NCBI RefSeq assembly: GCF_009834535.1
Contig: NC_045707.1
Span: forward strand, 50,470,001-50,534,000
Origin: Camelus ferus
Lineage: Eukaryota
Direction of reading: 5' to 3'
DNA length: 64,000 nt
Part shown: one piece after another, positions 13,101-24,877 of the stretch
Layout of the letters: each line of letters starts with the position of its first letter
How positions within the stretch are numbered: the first letter of the stretch is position 1
The notes under the pieces: model-generated
What the model was told of the DNA's origin: nothing
What the model saw: the letters and a program-made list of their open reading frames with translations, nothing else
Databases searched by the model: none
Made by a program: the position numbers and the translations under genes

Positions 13101-13730
13101 GCCAAACAACTAGAGCACTCTATTGCTAAACGCCAAAAGTTTATCACTGGCCATAAAGGTGAAAGAAAAATTTTAAAATGAATCAATGTCATTTCTGTTT
13201 AGCTTTTTATTGGCCAGGTATGTTTCATATTGATTAAAAGTTTTAGCTTAAAACTCCTGTTTTCTGAAACTGAATTCTTGTTAGAAAATATCATTTGTGA
13301 AAATAAAGCGAAATTGCAAAATTCAAACACACTCTATTTTCCTGAGGAAGTAACTATTATTCCCACAGGCTAACTGTTACTTTTTGTAGGTCAGAGGCAC
13401 ATGGCGCATAGGTTTTTTCCCCTGATGGCAGCAATGATGGGGAATCCAGTTTTATGGTTTAATCATTCAGACATCTTGTTTACGTGGAAGGAGGAAGAAA
13501 ATCCGGTTTGTTGGCCTTTTTTGTTGTTGTTGTTTTTTGGTTGGTTGTCTGTTTGTAAACTTAAATTATTTAAGAGAACATTTCAATCCCTTTGGAAAGG
13601 AGGCGAATACACGGAAATCTAAGCAAGTGTGTTTCTGTGTTTTGTTTTTCCTTTTGACCCATGGCTGAGATTGCAGAATAAGCTCTCTGTGAGTTTCTGT
13701 GACTGTATTTGAGAATAATCTTTACTGCCT

Positions 13731-14235
13731 TTGACAGATTGTATTTTCCCAAAATGTCCACCACACTTTCTTCCATCCAACATGTTATTACAATATGACT
13801 TTGACACTCCTCCTACTGAGAGGCAAGATCTATGTTCTGTACAAACTGAAGCAGATTTTGCACTATGATGTGACATTATGTGACTTCTGGAGCTAGGTCA
13901 TAAAAGGTGATAGAGTTTGTTCCTATGCTTAGGACCCACCACCATGCAGTGAGGAAGCCCACACCATGCATGTAGAAAGACCCACATGGAGAAGAACCAA
14001 GGCCCTAGCCCTCAGCCCTTGTCAAGCTTACAGTCAACAACCAGCAGCCAAGCGGGATTGGACCTTGGAATTAGACCCTCCAACTCCCAGCCAAGCCACC
14101 CCAACTGACACTGCACGGAACCTTCCTGCCAACTTCTGCCCAAACTGTAGCTTTGTAATACAATAACTGGTAGCCGTTGTCTCCAGCTACTATGTTTTGC
14201 AGTGGGTTCTTAAGCAACAATAGACAACTGAAACT
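13731..14235 (+). mobile_element. MLT1G/H-like solo LTR
   Basis: cagattgtattttcccaaaatg...tgtgacttctggagctaggtcataaaagg...gtgaggaagccc...gcaacaatagacaactgaaac. Confidence 0.8.
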
Positions 14236-15207
14236 CCTTTCACCATATAAATGTGGAGTATCCTCCTATCTTTACACGATAGTAATAAATTAAATGATAA
14301 AATCTCAAATAAAAGAGCTCTGTTCTGATTGGTTAAAAGGGATTTATGAATGCTTACATAAATCTAACATTCTCCAAGTTCCCATGTTTTTAAATTCTCG
14401 TATCTTATATTTTAAGTCATAATCCAAGTTTATATAAATAAAGTGAAACTTATGACAAAATAAGCTCATTAAATCATTTTGCTTTTAAAAAAGTGATGTC
14501 TGTTCCTGACTTCATCAATGTGGACTAGAATCTAAGTAGAAAACAATTTTATTTTATATAGAACTTGCAGCTTTTTTAATTGAAGAATTTAGTTAATTTC
14601 AACTTCTTAACATTCTAACACTGCTTTACCCATTAGATAAGTCAACACTACTTCCTACTACTATTTCCACATAACACTTAAAATTAAGAAAAAAGATAAA
14701 ATCATCTGCTCAGATAAACTGCATTATACTTTTGACAGATGTTTTCATATAAATAGTAGTTATGTTCTATAGTGTATCAGCTTTAACAAGGTTCCTGAAA
14801 TCTATAATTCATTTTAAAATTTTTCTCAAAGTATTATTATATTAAGGTAATTATTTTTGGATATATAGATAATTTTTAAGTGAGATAGAATACTAAAACA
14901 TTTGTCATCAAACACTATTTTAATAAGTATATTATTTTGCCCCATTTTTGTTTTTATATGTTAGGGAGTAGCTTTATCATTGGATTATATTAGTGATGTT
15001 TTTGCCACCTTAAGAAAGTGTGAAAGAAATCGATGTGGTTTTAGAGAGGGAATTACACTACTCCAATGGAAATTTTTACTTGTCTCCATTCACTTGTTAG
15101 CATGCTAAAATGCTTGCTGATGATACACAGTTAGCAATTACCTATCTCCTAGCTCTCTCTGTGTAAAAGTAGTTAATCTGGCTAAAACTTATAATTAAAA
15201 TGGAAAT

Positions 15208-16000
15208 TGTAAAGGAAAACCTCACTCTTCCTCCTGTGTTTCTCCTTTATTCTCACACTAATACTACACTCACAATATTCATGGCATGGGTTGTGTGAAT
15301 TTTTTTCTTTTTCCCCGCCAAGTAATTCTCTGTGACACCAGCTGGGTGTCCTACAAGGCAATTTAATTCTGCCACTAACCGAAGTCATGAAAGACCCCAC
15401 AGGTTAAGGATCAGTCCCATGAGTCTTCCCCCCTAGTGCAAACCACTATTGCAAGTAGCAGGTCCACAGGTTACCCATAGCTTCTGTCCAACTTGGCTAC
15501 AAATCAGAGTTTCTGAATATTTCCTTCTCTTTGGGTTCAGTTATTTGTTAGAACAGCTCACAGAACTTATTAAGGAAGTACTAACTTAGGTTTACCAGTT
15601 CATTATATAATAAAGGACATGATAAAAGATACAGATGAACAACCAGATGAAGCGATCCACAGGGTGAGGTCTGAAAGGGTCCCAAGTGTGGGAGCTTCTG
15701 TCCTTGTGGAGTCGGGGTGTTTCATCCGTCTGGCACTTGAATGTGTCCACAAACCCAGAAGCTCCCCAAGCTCCATATTTCAGGGATTTTTATGGAGGCT
15801 TTATCACATAGGCATGATAAATCATTAACTCATTTCTAGTCCTTCTCTGCAGAATGAGAGGTGAGGCTGAAATTTCCAAGCTTCTAATCATGGCTTGGTT
15901 TCTCTGGTGACCAGCCTCCACCCAGGAGCCTGCCAAGTGTCACCTCATGAGAATAAAAGAAATTCCTATCACCCAGGAAATTCCAAGGGAATTTGCAAGT
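15208..16000 (-). mobile_element. MER21-family LTR
   Basis: gacaccagctgggtgtcctaca...ccccacaggttaagg...gatacagatgaacaaccagatgaag...atcacccaggaaattccaaggg. Confidence 0.8.
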
Positions 16001-16703
16001 GAAACTCAGGGAGATAAGTTTCTTGGGCTTGGTTTTTTAGCCTCTGGATCAAAGAGCAAACAACATAGAGGCTTTTGAAAATACAATCCTAGATTTCTTC
16101 TGCATATTTCCAGATGAAAGATAACTCTCTGACATTTGTAATTTCTTAACACCAAATGGCTCTATACACTCAAATTCATACCTGTGTTATGTCCATATAA
16201 ATGAAATGACCAGAACACAGTACGACCATCATTTTGTGTGTGTATGTATGTGTTGTATTCATGAGTGATATTCATGAGTGATCATGAATAAACTTTGGAG
16301 ATTATTTATGAGTATAAAGGTATCTGTTAAGAAAAATTATCCTAAACTTGAAAATAAGACAAAAAGAAGTTAGTATTTATTTTCAATGTTATATGGGTAC
16401 ATTTTTTAACAGGTTTACCCAAAAATCATTACCTGATTTAGGGGAATGTACCTTTGTTGGACTTGCTATTTACTCTTAATAAAAGGTCCAGATTTTGTGA
16501 GTTTTCATGTTCACTTAATAAATAGAAACACCACATAATTTGTCTTCAAAACCAGGATGCTATTAATCATTATACTTGGACAATAGTGACCAGTAGAGAA
16601 GCAAATAATTTTGGAGCCACAGAATAAAAAGTTCCAAAGATTACTGCCCTGGAAGACATTAATCAATTTTGCATCTAACATAGCTGTTGTATTCAAAGGT
16701 TAT

Positions 16704-16777
16704 ATATACCCCCTTATCTATATCTATAGATACCCACACTATATACTCCCTTATCTATATCTATAGATACCCACACT
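16704..16777 (+). repeat. 37-bp tandem duplication (2 copies, 1 mismatch)
   Basis: atatac[c/t]cccttatctatatctatagatacccacact x2. Confidence 0.95.
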
Positions 16778-16986
16778 TCATCAAATACCCACTTTGAACC
16801 AGTTTTACCAACTGTTGATTCCCCAATTAATGAGTTGAATTTATAAACACTGAGTTTTTAACTTTCTGAAATTATACTTTGACTGATGTTTTACAAAGTG
16901 TATTCTGGGATATACAAGTTCCAAGAGATATTTTACAGGGAAAATGGTCCCACGTTCACGCTCTTGCTGCCAGTCTCAAGACATTT

Positions 16987-17001
16987 CACACACACACACA
17001 G

Positions 17002-17035
<34 letters not shown>

Positions 17036-17036
17036 A
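16987..17036 (+). repeat. (CA)n microsatellite
   Basis: Seen directly; two interruptions. Confidence 0.95.
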
Positions 17037-17149
17037 TGCACTCTTTCATTTAGTCCTGCATTTCCTAAATGTACTTGAACCTGGCAGCCCTTTCCTTTCC
17101 TTTTTTGCTCCGTTTGGTTATTATGTATATATTACATTATATTGGCTCT

Positions 17150-17665
17150 TTCTCCAAAACACATGCTGAATTGATCTACCTGTCTCCAGCTCTACTGGCA
17201 CCATCTTAGTTTGAGTCATTATTGTCTCTTGCCTGCATTTAGCAGTAGTCTGAAAGATGGGTCCCCTGTTCTACTCCTGCTGCTCTCCAATCCATTTTTC
17301 ATACAGTGGCCTAAGTGATCTTTCAAAAATAAAATTAAATTGTGTTTTCACCTTTTTAAAACTTCCCACTGGCTTCTTACTGCACTCAAACTAGAATCCA
17401 AGCTTCTCCCCTGCCAGTCCCTACATGACGTGCCTGCTGTCTGTCCCTCCCTCTTCATATCAGTAGCTCCCTTCTTCTCACTCATGTATTCTAGTCTCAC
17501 TAGCCTTCCTCTTTTTCTTAGAACAAACCATGCTTCCTCCACCTTAGGGTTCTGCTTTCTGGTACGGTCTTCCTCCAGATCTTTACGTGATGGTTTCTCC
17601 AGATCCTTCAGTCTCCGTTTAAATGTCAGGTCCTCAAAGAGACCTTCTTGACCACCCAGTTCAAA
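17150..17665 (+). mobile_element. L2a-like fragment
   Basis: tccttcagtctccgtttaaatgtcaggtcctcaaagagaccttcttgaccaccc; aaaacttcccactggcttc. Confidence 0.75.
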
Positions 17666-18714
17666 ATAGATTCTCCATATATACAAAGAGGCAAAGTAAA
17701 AGAAACCCTGCATGATCCAAGTGCAGGGTGCTGAAAATGTATTGTGCTCTAAATGCTGCCTACTCTTCACTGGAGGACTGCTGGAAAGTCTACCATTTTG
17801 AGTCTTTTTAAGGATATCTTTGTCCTCTTTTAAAATGCATGAATTCCTAGAAGGATTAAGGCAAAGATGGAAGAGAAAAACAGTTGGTGGGGAACAGGAA
17901 TTGGGCCTGTGCATAGGTTTTGTGTGGCCTAAACAAGTGTTTAAGTATTTGTACTACTGCCAACATTTTAAAAATTAAGAGGTTTTCAAGTAAATATTTC
18001 TTTTTTGTGTTGAAATCAGTCTGACTTTCTCCCTTGGCAATAATCTTGTGAAAGGGAAGTACCCTCCAGGGGTTTCCAGTCCCCACCTGATTCATGACAC
18101 TCAGGGAGGGTACCTGTCTGCACTTTGAAACCTCTCATTTTAGGCTACTATCATCTCTCACATAATACTGGATTTGATGAAAGCAACTTAGATAAGACTT
18201 CTGAGCTTTCTTACAGGCAGGGAGGTAGTGACTTAAAAAAAATGGGTTATGGTAATTATAGATGTATAAGCTGAGTCTTAGAAAGTAATTTATTAGAGAT
18301 CATCCAGGTATCTTTTCTCTCAGTGGAAGAATTATTTTATTTAATCTTTGCAATCTTTTGAAGAAGGTATTACTTGCTTCTTGGATCAGCTAGTAAGTGC
18401 CAGAGTCTGGGCTCTATCTCACTGGAATTTGTTTCAAGTCTAGAGCTGTTTCCACCATACTGCTTCACTACACGATAGTTGACTTTGTGTGTAGCCAGTG
18501 TGAGAGTCTGGCAAGAGCCAATAGGTATCTTTGCTCAGTTCTCTTGAGTTTGCATCCCTGTCCTAGACTTTGACTCCAGGTACCCTCTGGACCCTCTGTG
18601 TCACTGGTTCAAGAACCATGTAATGTGCCAGCCCTTGATTTGGGTTGTGGTCTCCTGACTCACGCTTCTTCCTTGCTACTGTTATTCTTCCGTTTGTTTA
18701 CCCCATGTCTTGTT

Positions 18715-21700
18715 TTCTTTTTTTCAGATTTTTAAATAAAATATAGATTTTAAATTAATTTTTCCAGTTTTATTGAGATATAACTGAAATGTAACATTGT
18801 GTGTAAGTTTAAGACGTCAGTGTGTTTGTTTGATACTTACATATGAAATGATTACCATGGTAGCATTAATTAACACCTGCAACATAATTATCATTTTTTT
18901 TCATGGTGAGAACATTTAAGATCTACTCTCTTTAACAACTTTCAAGTATATAATACAGTATTGTTAACTATAATCACCATGCTGTGCATTAGATTCCTCA
19001 GAGTTTATTCATCTTACAACCGAAAGAGCATATCTTTTGACCAACATCTTTCCATTTCTACCCTCATTCCTCAACCCAGCCCCTGGCAACAACCATTCTA
19101 CTCTGTTTTTATGAGTTCAGAATCTAAAAGATTCTACATATAAGTGATCTCATACATTATTTGCTTCCTCTGACTTGTTTCACTTAGCATAATGATCTCA
19201 AGGTACATCTATGTTGTTACAAATGGCAGGATTTCTTTTCTCCTCATGGCTGAATAATAGTATCCATTTATATATTAATAATAATGGAGATATATATATA
19301 TATATATATAAATAATATCTTCTTTATCCATTCATCTGTACACAGACACTAATTGGCTATTGAGACTATGAAAACATAGATATCTTTATGAGATCCTGAT
19401 TTCATTTCCTTTGGATATATCCCCAGAGTAAAATTACTAAATTTTCTATTTTTAATTTTTTGAGGCAACTTCATACTGTTTCCCATAGTGGTTGTATCAG
19501 TTTATGTTATCACAAACAGTGAACAAGGATTCCCTTTTCTCCACATTCTTGCCAATATTTGTTCTCTCTTGTCCTCTTGATGATAGCTATTCTAACAGGT
19601 GTGAGATATTTGTGATTTTGATGTGCATTTTCCTGATAATCAGTAATGTGAAGCAACTTTCATGTATCTGTTGGCCATTTGTATATATTCTTTGAAGAAA
19701 TGTCTGTTTAGTTTCTCCATCCATCTTTTAATCAGATTGTTTATTTTTTTCCCGTTCTGTTGTATGAGTTCCTTAAATATTCTGGATATTAGTCCCTTAT
19801 CAAGTATATGCTTCACAAATATTTTCTCCCATTAAATAGGTTGACTTTTCATTTTGTTGACTGTTTTTCACTACAGAAACTTTTTAGTTTGATGTAGTAC
19901 CACTTATTTATTTTTGTTTTTGTTGTGTGTGCTTTTGGTGTCATATTTTAAAAATTGTTGCCAAGACCAGTGTCCAGGAGCTTCTTCCCTATGTTTTCTT
20001 CTAGGAATTTCACAGTATAGGTCTTATGTTTAAGTTTTAAATTATTTTCAAGTTAACTTCTGTGAGAGATGTAAAATAGGGTTTCAGTTTCATTCTTCTG
20101 CATGTGATTATATAATATTCCTGTCTCCTTTATCAAAGTTGACTGTGTATAGGAGGGTTTATTTCTGGACTCTCAATTCTGTTTCATTAGCTCTGTGTCT
20201 GTTTCTATGCCAGTGTCTTACTGTTTTAATCACTAGAGATTTGTGGTATAGCTGGAAGTCAGGAATTATGATGCTTCCAGCTTTGTTCTTTCTCAGGTTT
20301 GCTTTGGCTATTTGGGGTCTTTTGTGATTCTGTATGAATTTTAGAATTGCTTTTTTCTTATTTTCTATATTGTGTATTTATTAACAAATTATTGTTGCTA
20401 TAGTCATTTTCTAATACTTTTGTCCTTTAAACTTTATACTAGAGTTAAGTGGTTAACACACCACCATATTATAACATTAAGGTATTATGAATTTGACTAG
20501 ATATTTATCTTTACCAATGTGTTGTACACTTTCATATGTTTTCATGTTACTAATTAGAAACCTTTCCTTTCAGCTTGAAGAACACCTTTCAGCATTTCTT
20601 GTAAGGCAGGTCTACTAATGGTGAACTATTTTAACTTTTGTATCTCTCCTTCATTTCTGAAGGAAAACCTTGCCTGATAAGAGTATTTTTAGTTGGGATT
20701 TTTTTTTCAGCACTTTGAATATATTATCCCACTCTCACCTGGCCTGTATGGTTTCTTCTGAGAAATTCACTGAAAGCCTTATGGATGTTTCCTTGTAAAT
20801 AAGCTTCTTTTCTCTTGCTGCTTTTAAGATTCTCTCTTTTTTTCTTTGATTTTTGAGTTTTACATAATGTATCTTGGAGAAGATCTCTTTAAATTGAGTT
20901 TGTTTTGTGACCTATGAGATTCATGAACTTGGATATTTAAATCTTGCCCCCAGATTTGGGAAGTTCTCAGCCATTATTTTTTTTTTAACTTCTTTAAATA
21001 AGCTTTCTATCCTCTTCTTCTCTTCTCCTTCTGGATTCCAATAATTTGAATATGTTTGTTTTGATGATATCCCATATATCACACAGGGTTTCTTTCTTTA
21101 TTTTTATTCTTTTTTCTTTGTTTTCCTGACTGAATAATTTAAAAGTTCCTGTCTTCTAATTCACAGATTCTTTCTTCTGCATGATACTTTCTGATGTTGA
21201 TGTTCTCTATTGCATTTTTCATTTCATTCATTGTATTCTTCAGCTCCAGAATTTCTGTTTGGCTATTTTTCATAATTTTGCTTTGTTAAACACATTTTGT
21301 TTGTGTATTGTTTTCCTTATTTTACTGAACTGTCATTCTGTGTTTTCTTATTGCTCATTGAGTTTCCCTAAAATAGCTATTTTGAATTTTTTTATTAGGT
21401 AAATCCCAGATATCCATGTCTTTGGGATCATCTACTGGAAGATTACTGTGATCCTTTGCTAGTCTCATATTTCCTTCATTTTTCACGTGCCTTGAGGTTT
21501 TGTGCTGCTGTCTTTACATTTGAAGTAATAGTCACCTCCTCCAGTTTTTAATGTCTTCAAGACAGAAACATCTTCCATCAACTCCGCTAGGAATTCTGAG
21601 GCTTTCTCAGAACTTCTGTTCCATGCTCCTTGTTCAGAATTCTCTTACTCCTGCAACACTACCAGTAATGACAGTCTCTCTTTTGTTTTCCCAAAGGTGG

Positions 21701-22650
21701 CACTAAAGCTCAAGTGTGTAGTCTCTCCCTGGCCCACAGATCCAGGCTGGCTTTCTGTACATGCTCACTAGCCATCTGCCAGAGCTTGTTCTCAATGCCA
21801 TAACTGGGACTGCATACAGGAAGATAGTCACAGGGTGAAAGAATGTGTGTGTGAGGTGCACAGGGTGCTGGGAGTGCCCAGGAGTCAGTTGGGGCAATCC
21901 ACAGGTGAGATGTCCCCAGAAATCCATGGGTGGACTTCCTGATGGAGTCTGCAACACAGTTAGTAGGATCTGCCTTCCTTTAATTTTCTCCGAGAGTCCT
22001 ATTTACCTCTCTCCCAGCCACTCCACACCCCCCAGTCACGCAGCATATGATTCACTACTTAGGAAGGAATAAGAGAGAAATGAGCTTCTTTGGCAGCTTC
22101 TTACCTAGCTGGGGAAACTAAGTGTTCACTCACATTCTCGTGCTTAATTCTGTAGGAGAAATCATGAGCTGAGAAGATCTCCTTTGGCTCTAAATTTGCC
22201 CCTCGGGGGAGCGATAACGTGGGTAAAGTCAAAGGTTCCTCTCTCTCTCTCCAATGCATCCAAACTTGTGTTTGTTTTCTCCAGTGCCATACTAGACATT
22301 CTCTGCTGGAAACCTGGACTTCAACAAAGGCTTTCTCATTCATGAGTTATTGTCTAAGATAATGTTTTCTGAGGATCCTGGACCATGGCTGAGAGAGGCT
22401 GGAGACAGTTCACAGTCCACTGAAGGCTCCACAGCCAGGACCAGGGTCTGTATGCCTATTACCTGATGCACTGGTAGGCATGACTTCTCCTGGGTGCCTT
22501 GGCATATGGTGCTAGATACCACAGGACCCAGACAGGCATAGATGAACAGGGATGCATGTCAAATTACTGTTGCTGAGGTAGAGGTAAACATGAAGGAGGG
22601 ACATCTTATTCAGCCATGATGCTGACATCACTTTAAATAAATCCACTCTT
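18715..22650 (-). mobile_element. L1MA9-like LINE-1 with 5'UTR, ORF1 and 3' end, most of ORF2 deleted
   Basis: Poly-T and L1MA 3' end near 18715-19250; ORF2 C-terminal part to about 20350; inter-ORF/ORF1 sequence about 20365-21450; GC-richer 5'UTR to about 22640; candidate TSD tgtcttgtt at 18706-18714 and 22651-22659. Confidence 0.85.
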
Positions 22651-22721
22651 TGTCTTGTTGACCCATAGGCTTTAGTGATGGTTTTCTTGAGTTCCCTGCA
22701 TTGCACCTTATTCTCTTCCAT

Positions 22722-22890
22722 AGAGCCCTGCTATTCATGGGAGATTGGAGGACCAGTAGCATAGTATCACTCTGGAATTTGTTAGAAATGCAGCATTTCA
22801 GGCATCTTCTCAGACCCATTGAATCAGAATCTGCACCTTAACAAGATACTTGGGTGATTCATATGCCCATTAAATTTTGCAAAGCACCCA
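22722..22890 (+). mobile_element. MER5A1 hAT-Charlie MITE
   Basis: ttgttagaaatgcagcatttcaggc...gaatcagaatctgcaccttaacaagat...ggtgattcatatgcccattaaa. Confidence 0.8.
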
Positions 22891-23274
22891 CTATATGACT
22901 TTTTTCTTGGCCATCACAGAGTAGATCTTCTGCTGCAGCTATCCTGTATTCCCATTAGATCAACTCTAGCCAATAAAAATCTTGAGACAGTTCCTTGTTC
23001 CTTTGGTGTTATTCCCATTTTGAGGTCTGTGACTGCCTTACTCCTTTCTAGACTCTACTTGGCTGTCACATTTATTTGGTTGACACCGACAATAGTGTGT
23101 GTGTGCATGTGTAGATGTGTGCATATGCAAGAGAAAGTATCCAACTGAGGTTTATATCTTCATCAGGTTAATAGGTTTTTGAACTAAATGTTAAAAGATA
23201 AGGAGGATTTTCAAAAGGTGGAGTTTGGAAACAGAGAAGGAAGAAGGAAATTCCTTACAATAAATGAAATGAAA

Positions 23275-23505
23275 TAGACATTTCTTAGTAACAACCATGT
23301 ACTAATGCTTCACATACATTTCTCTCATTTAATTCTCACAGAATTCTATAAATTAGGTTTATTATTATCTCCTTTATACAAATGGGGAAACGGAGATGTA
23401 AAGATGTTAATTAAGTTGCTCAAAGCCACAAAGCAAGTAAATGGCAGGCCAGGCCTTTGATCCCAGGCAGTGTGAATAGCACACCCACGCTCTTAACCAC
23501 ATCAC
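23275..23505 (-). mobile_element. MIR SINE
   Basis: tctcatttaattctcacagaattctat...tttatacaaatggggaaacggag...aagttgctcaaagccaca. Confidence 0.8.
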
Positions 23506-23906
23506 TGTTTATGGAGAAACATAAAGAACTGTATCCAGCTTTGAGGAAAGTGGAACCTAACTCATACACTAAAGAGTCCAGATTAGTTAAAACATAGTAT
23601 ATGAAAAGAGAAGTAATGGAAAGAAGAGACAGCTACAGATACAGAATTTCTAGTGGAAGAAAGGTCTAAGATGGAATTTCGTGAGGGAGTTGCTTAGGGT
23701 CTTACTCTGATGTTTCATTTACATAATAAGCACACTTTTTCACTTAGTATATAACATTTAAAGTGGCATGGTAGCAGTAGTGGATGCAGGCAAGGGCCAA
23801 TAAGTAAATATGAATAAGAGCCCTGCAAAGCTAGCTCTTGTCACTGTCAAATCTTGAGAACTTAGGTGGGGTAAGAGCACGTATGGCCTTAAATGTTGAA
23901 CTGGCT

Positions 23907-24044
23907 GGTGGGGGAGAGTATATAGCTCAAGTGGCAGAGTGCATGCTTAGCATGCATGAGGTCCTTGGTTCAATCCCCAGTACCTCCATTAAATAAATAA
24001 ATAAACCTAATTACTCCACTCCCCCCAAAAGAGAAAAAGTACAA
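23907..24044 (+). mobile_element. tRNA-Ala-derived SINE, camelid Vic-1 type
   Basis: GGGGAGAGTATATAGCTCAAGTGG (A box)...GGTTCAATCC (B box) CCAGTACCTCCA + (TAAA)n cctaattac + C-run + A-rich tail; TSD aaatgttgaactggct / aaattgtttaactggct. Confidence 0.85.
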
Positions 24045-24099
24045 AAATTGTTTAACTGGCTAAAATTAATATGACTAGCCTGGGAATAGTGTGCAAAAG

Positions 24100-24360
24100 G
24101 GCTAATGAATGGCCATGAGGGGTACAAGGGGAGTTGGAGAGTTACTGTAGCAGACTAAGAGGTAATAAGACCTCAGCTAGAGCAGAGGCTGCTACTGCAC
24201 AAAGGAAGAGACAGAAGAAAGCTGTACCTTGTGACTGACATGGGCACGAGAGAGTGGGAACAACTAAAGGTGACTCTAACATTTTGAAACTCAGCGACTA
24301 GAAGTTTGATAGAATGATTAACAGAAGTGGAACAACATGGGACAAGGCTGATTTGGACAG
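24100..24360 (-). mobile_element. L2 fragment
   Basis: ctaaaggtgactctaacattttgaaactcagcgactagaag...attaacagaagtgg. Confidence 0.55.
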
Positions 24361-24877
24361 ATTATAGATCTAGCCTCTACTTAAACACTTAGAAGGTTAG
24401 ATCTCTTTAGTTTCCCATGTGGCCTGTTCTACCATGAGATAATTCAAATTATTATTGATGAGAAAATTAAAGCTCATAGTAGTGAGAAAAACCTGTCTGA
24501 AATCCAAAGCTAATCTTGAAAGACTGAGGTCATATTACCCCACACATTTTTCCATATACAATATAAGAGATTTAGACATTTTTTTAATACAAAAAGAAAT
24601 TGATAATTAAATTTAAAAATTAGTGAAATAAGTGCTTATAACAATCTGTGAAAATTTAGATGAAAAACTTGATAAAAATTAGATGAGAGAAAAAAATGTT
24701 CCAGGAGGAAGAAGTAGTTTGTGTGAACATCTTGGGGTGATGAGGAACAAGCAGTGCTTTTCAGGAACTGTAATTAGTCCTGACCAGACAGAGTGTAGAT
24801 TGGGAGGTGGGGGCAGATCCTGCCAAGCCTAGTTAGCCAAGTGAACTGTTCAGATTTCATAATGACAGAGGGAACTT

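Noticed and set aside
17348..17914. Longest ORF (188 aa, - strand) as a gene
   Set aside because: It largely runs antisense through a decayed L2 fragment. I see no recognisable domain or splice context.
23911..23988. Genuine tRNA-Ala gene
   Set aside because: It has an altered 5' acceptor stem, CpG decay, a SINE-type tail and a TSD, and no oligo-T terminator directly downstream. It is a SINE.
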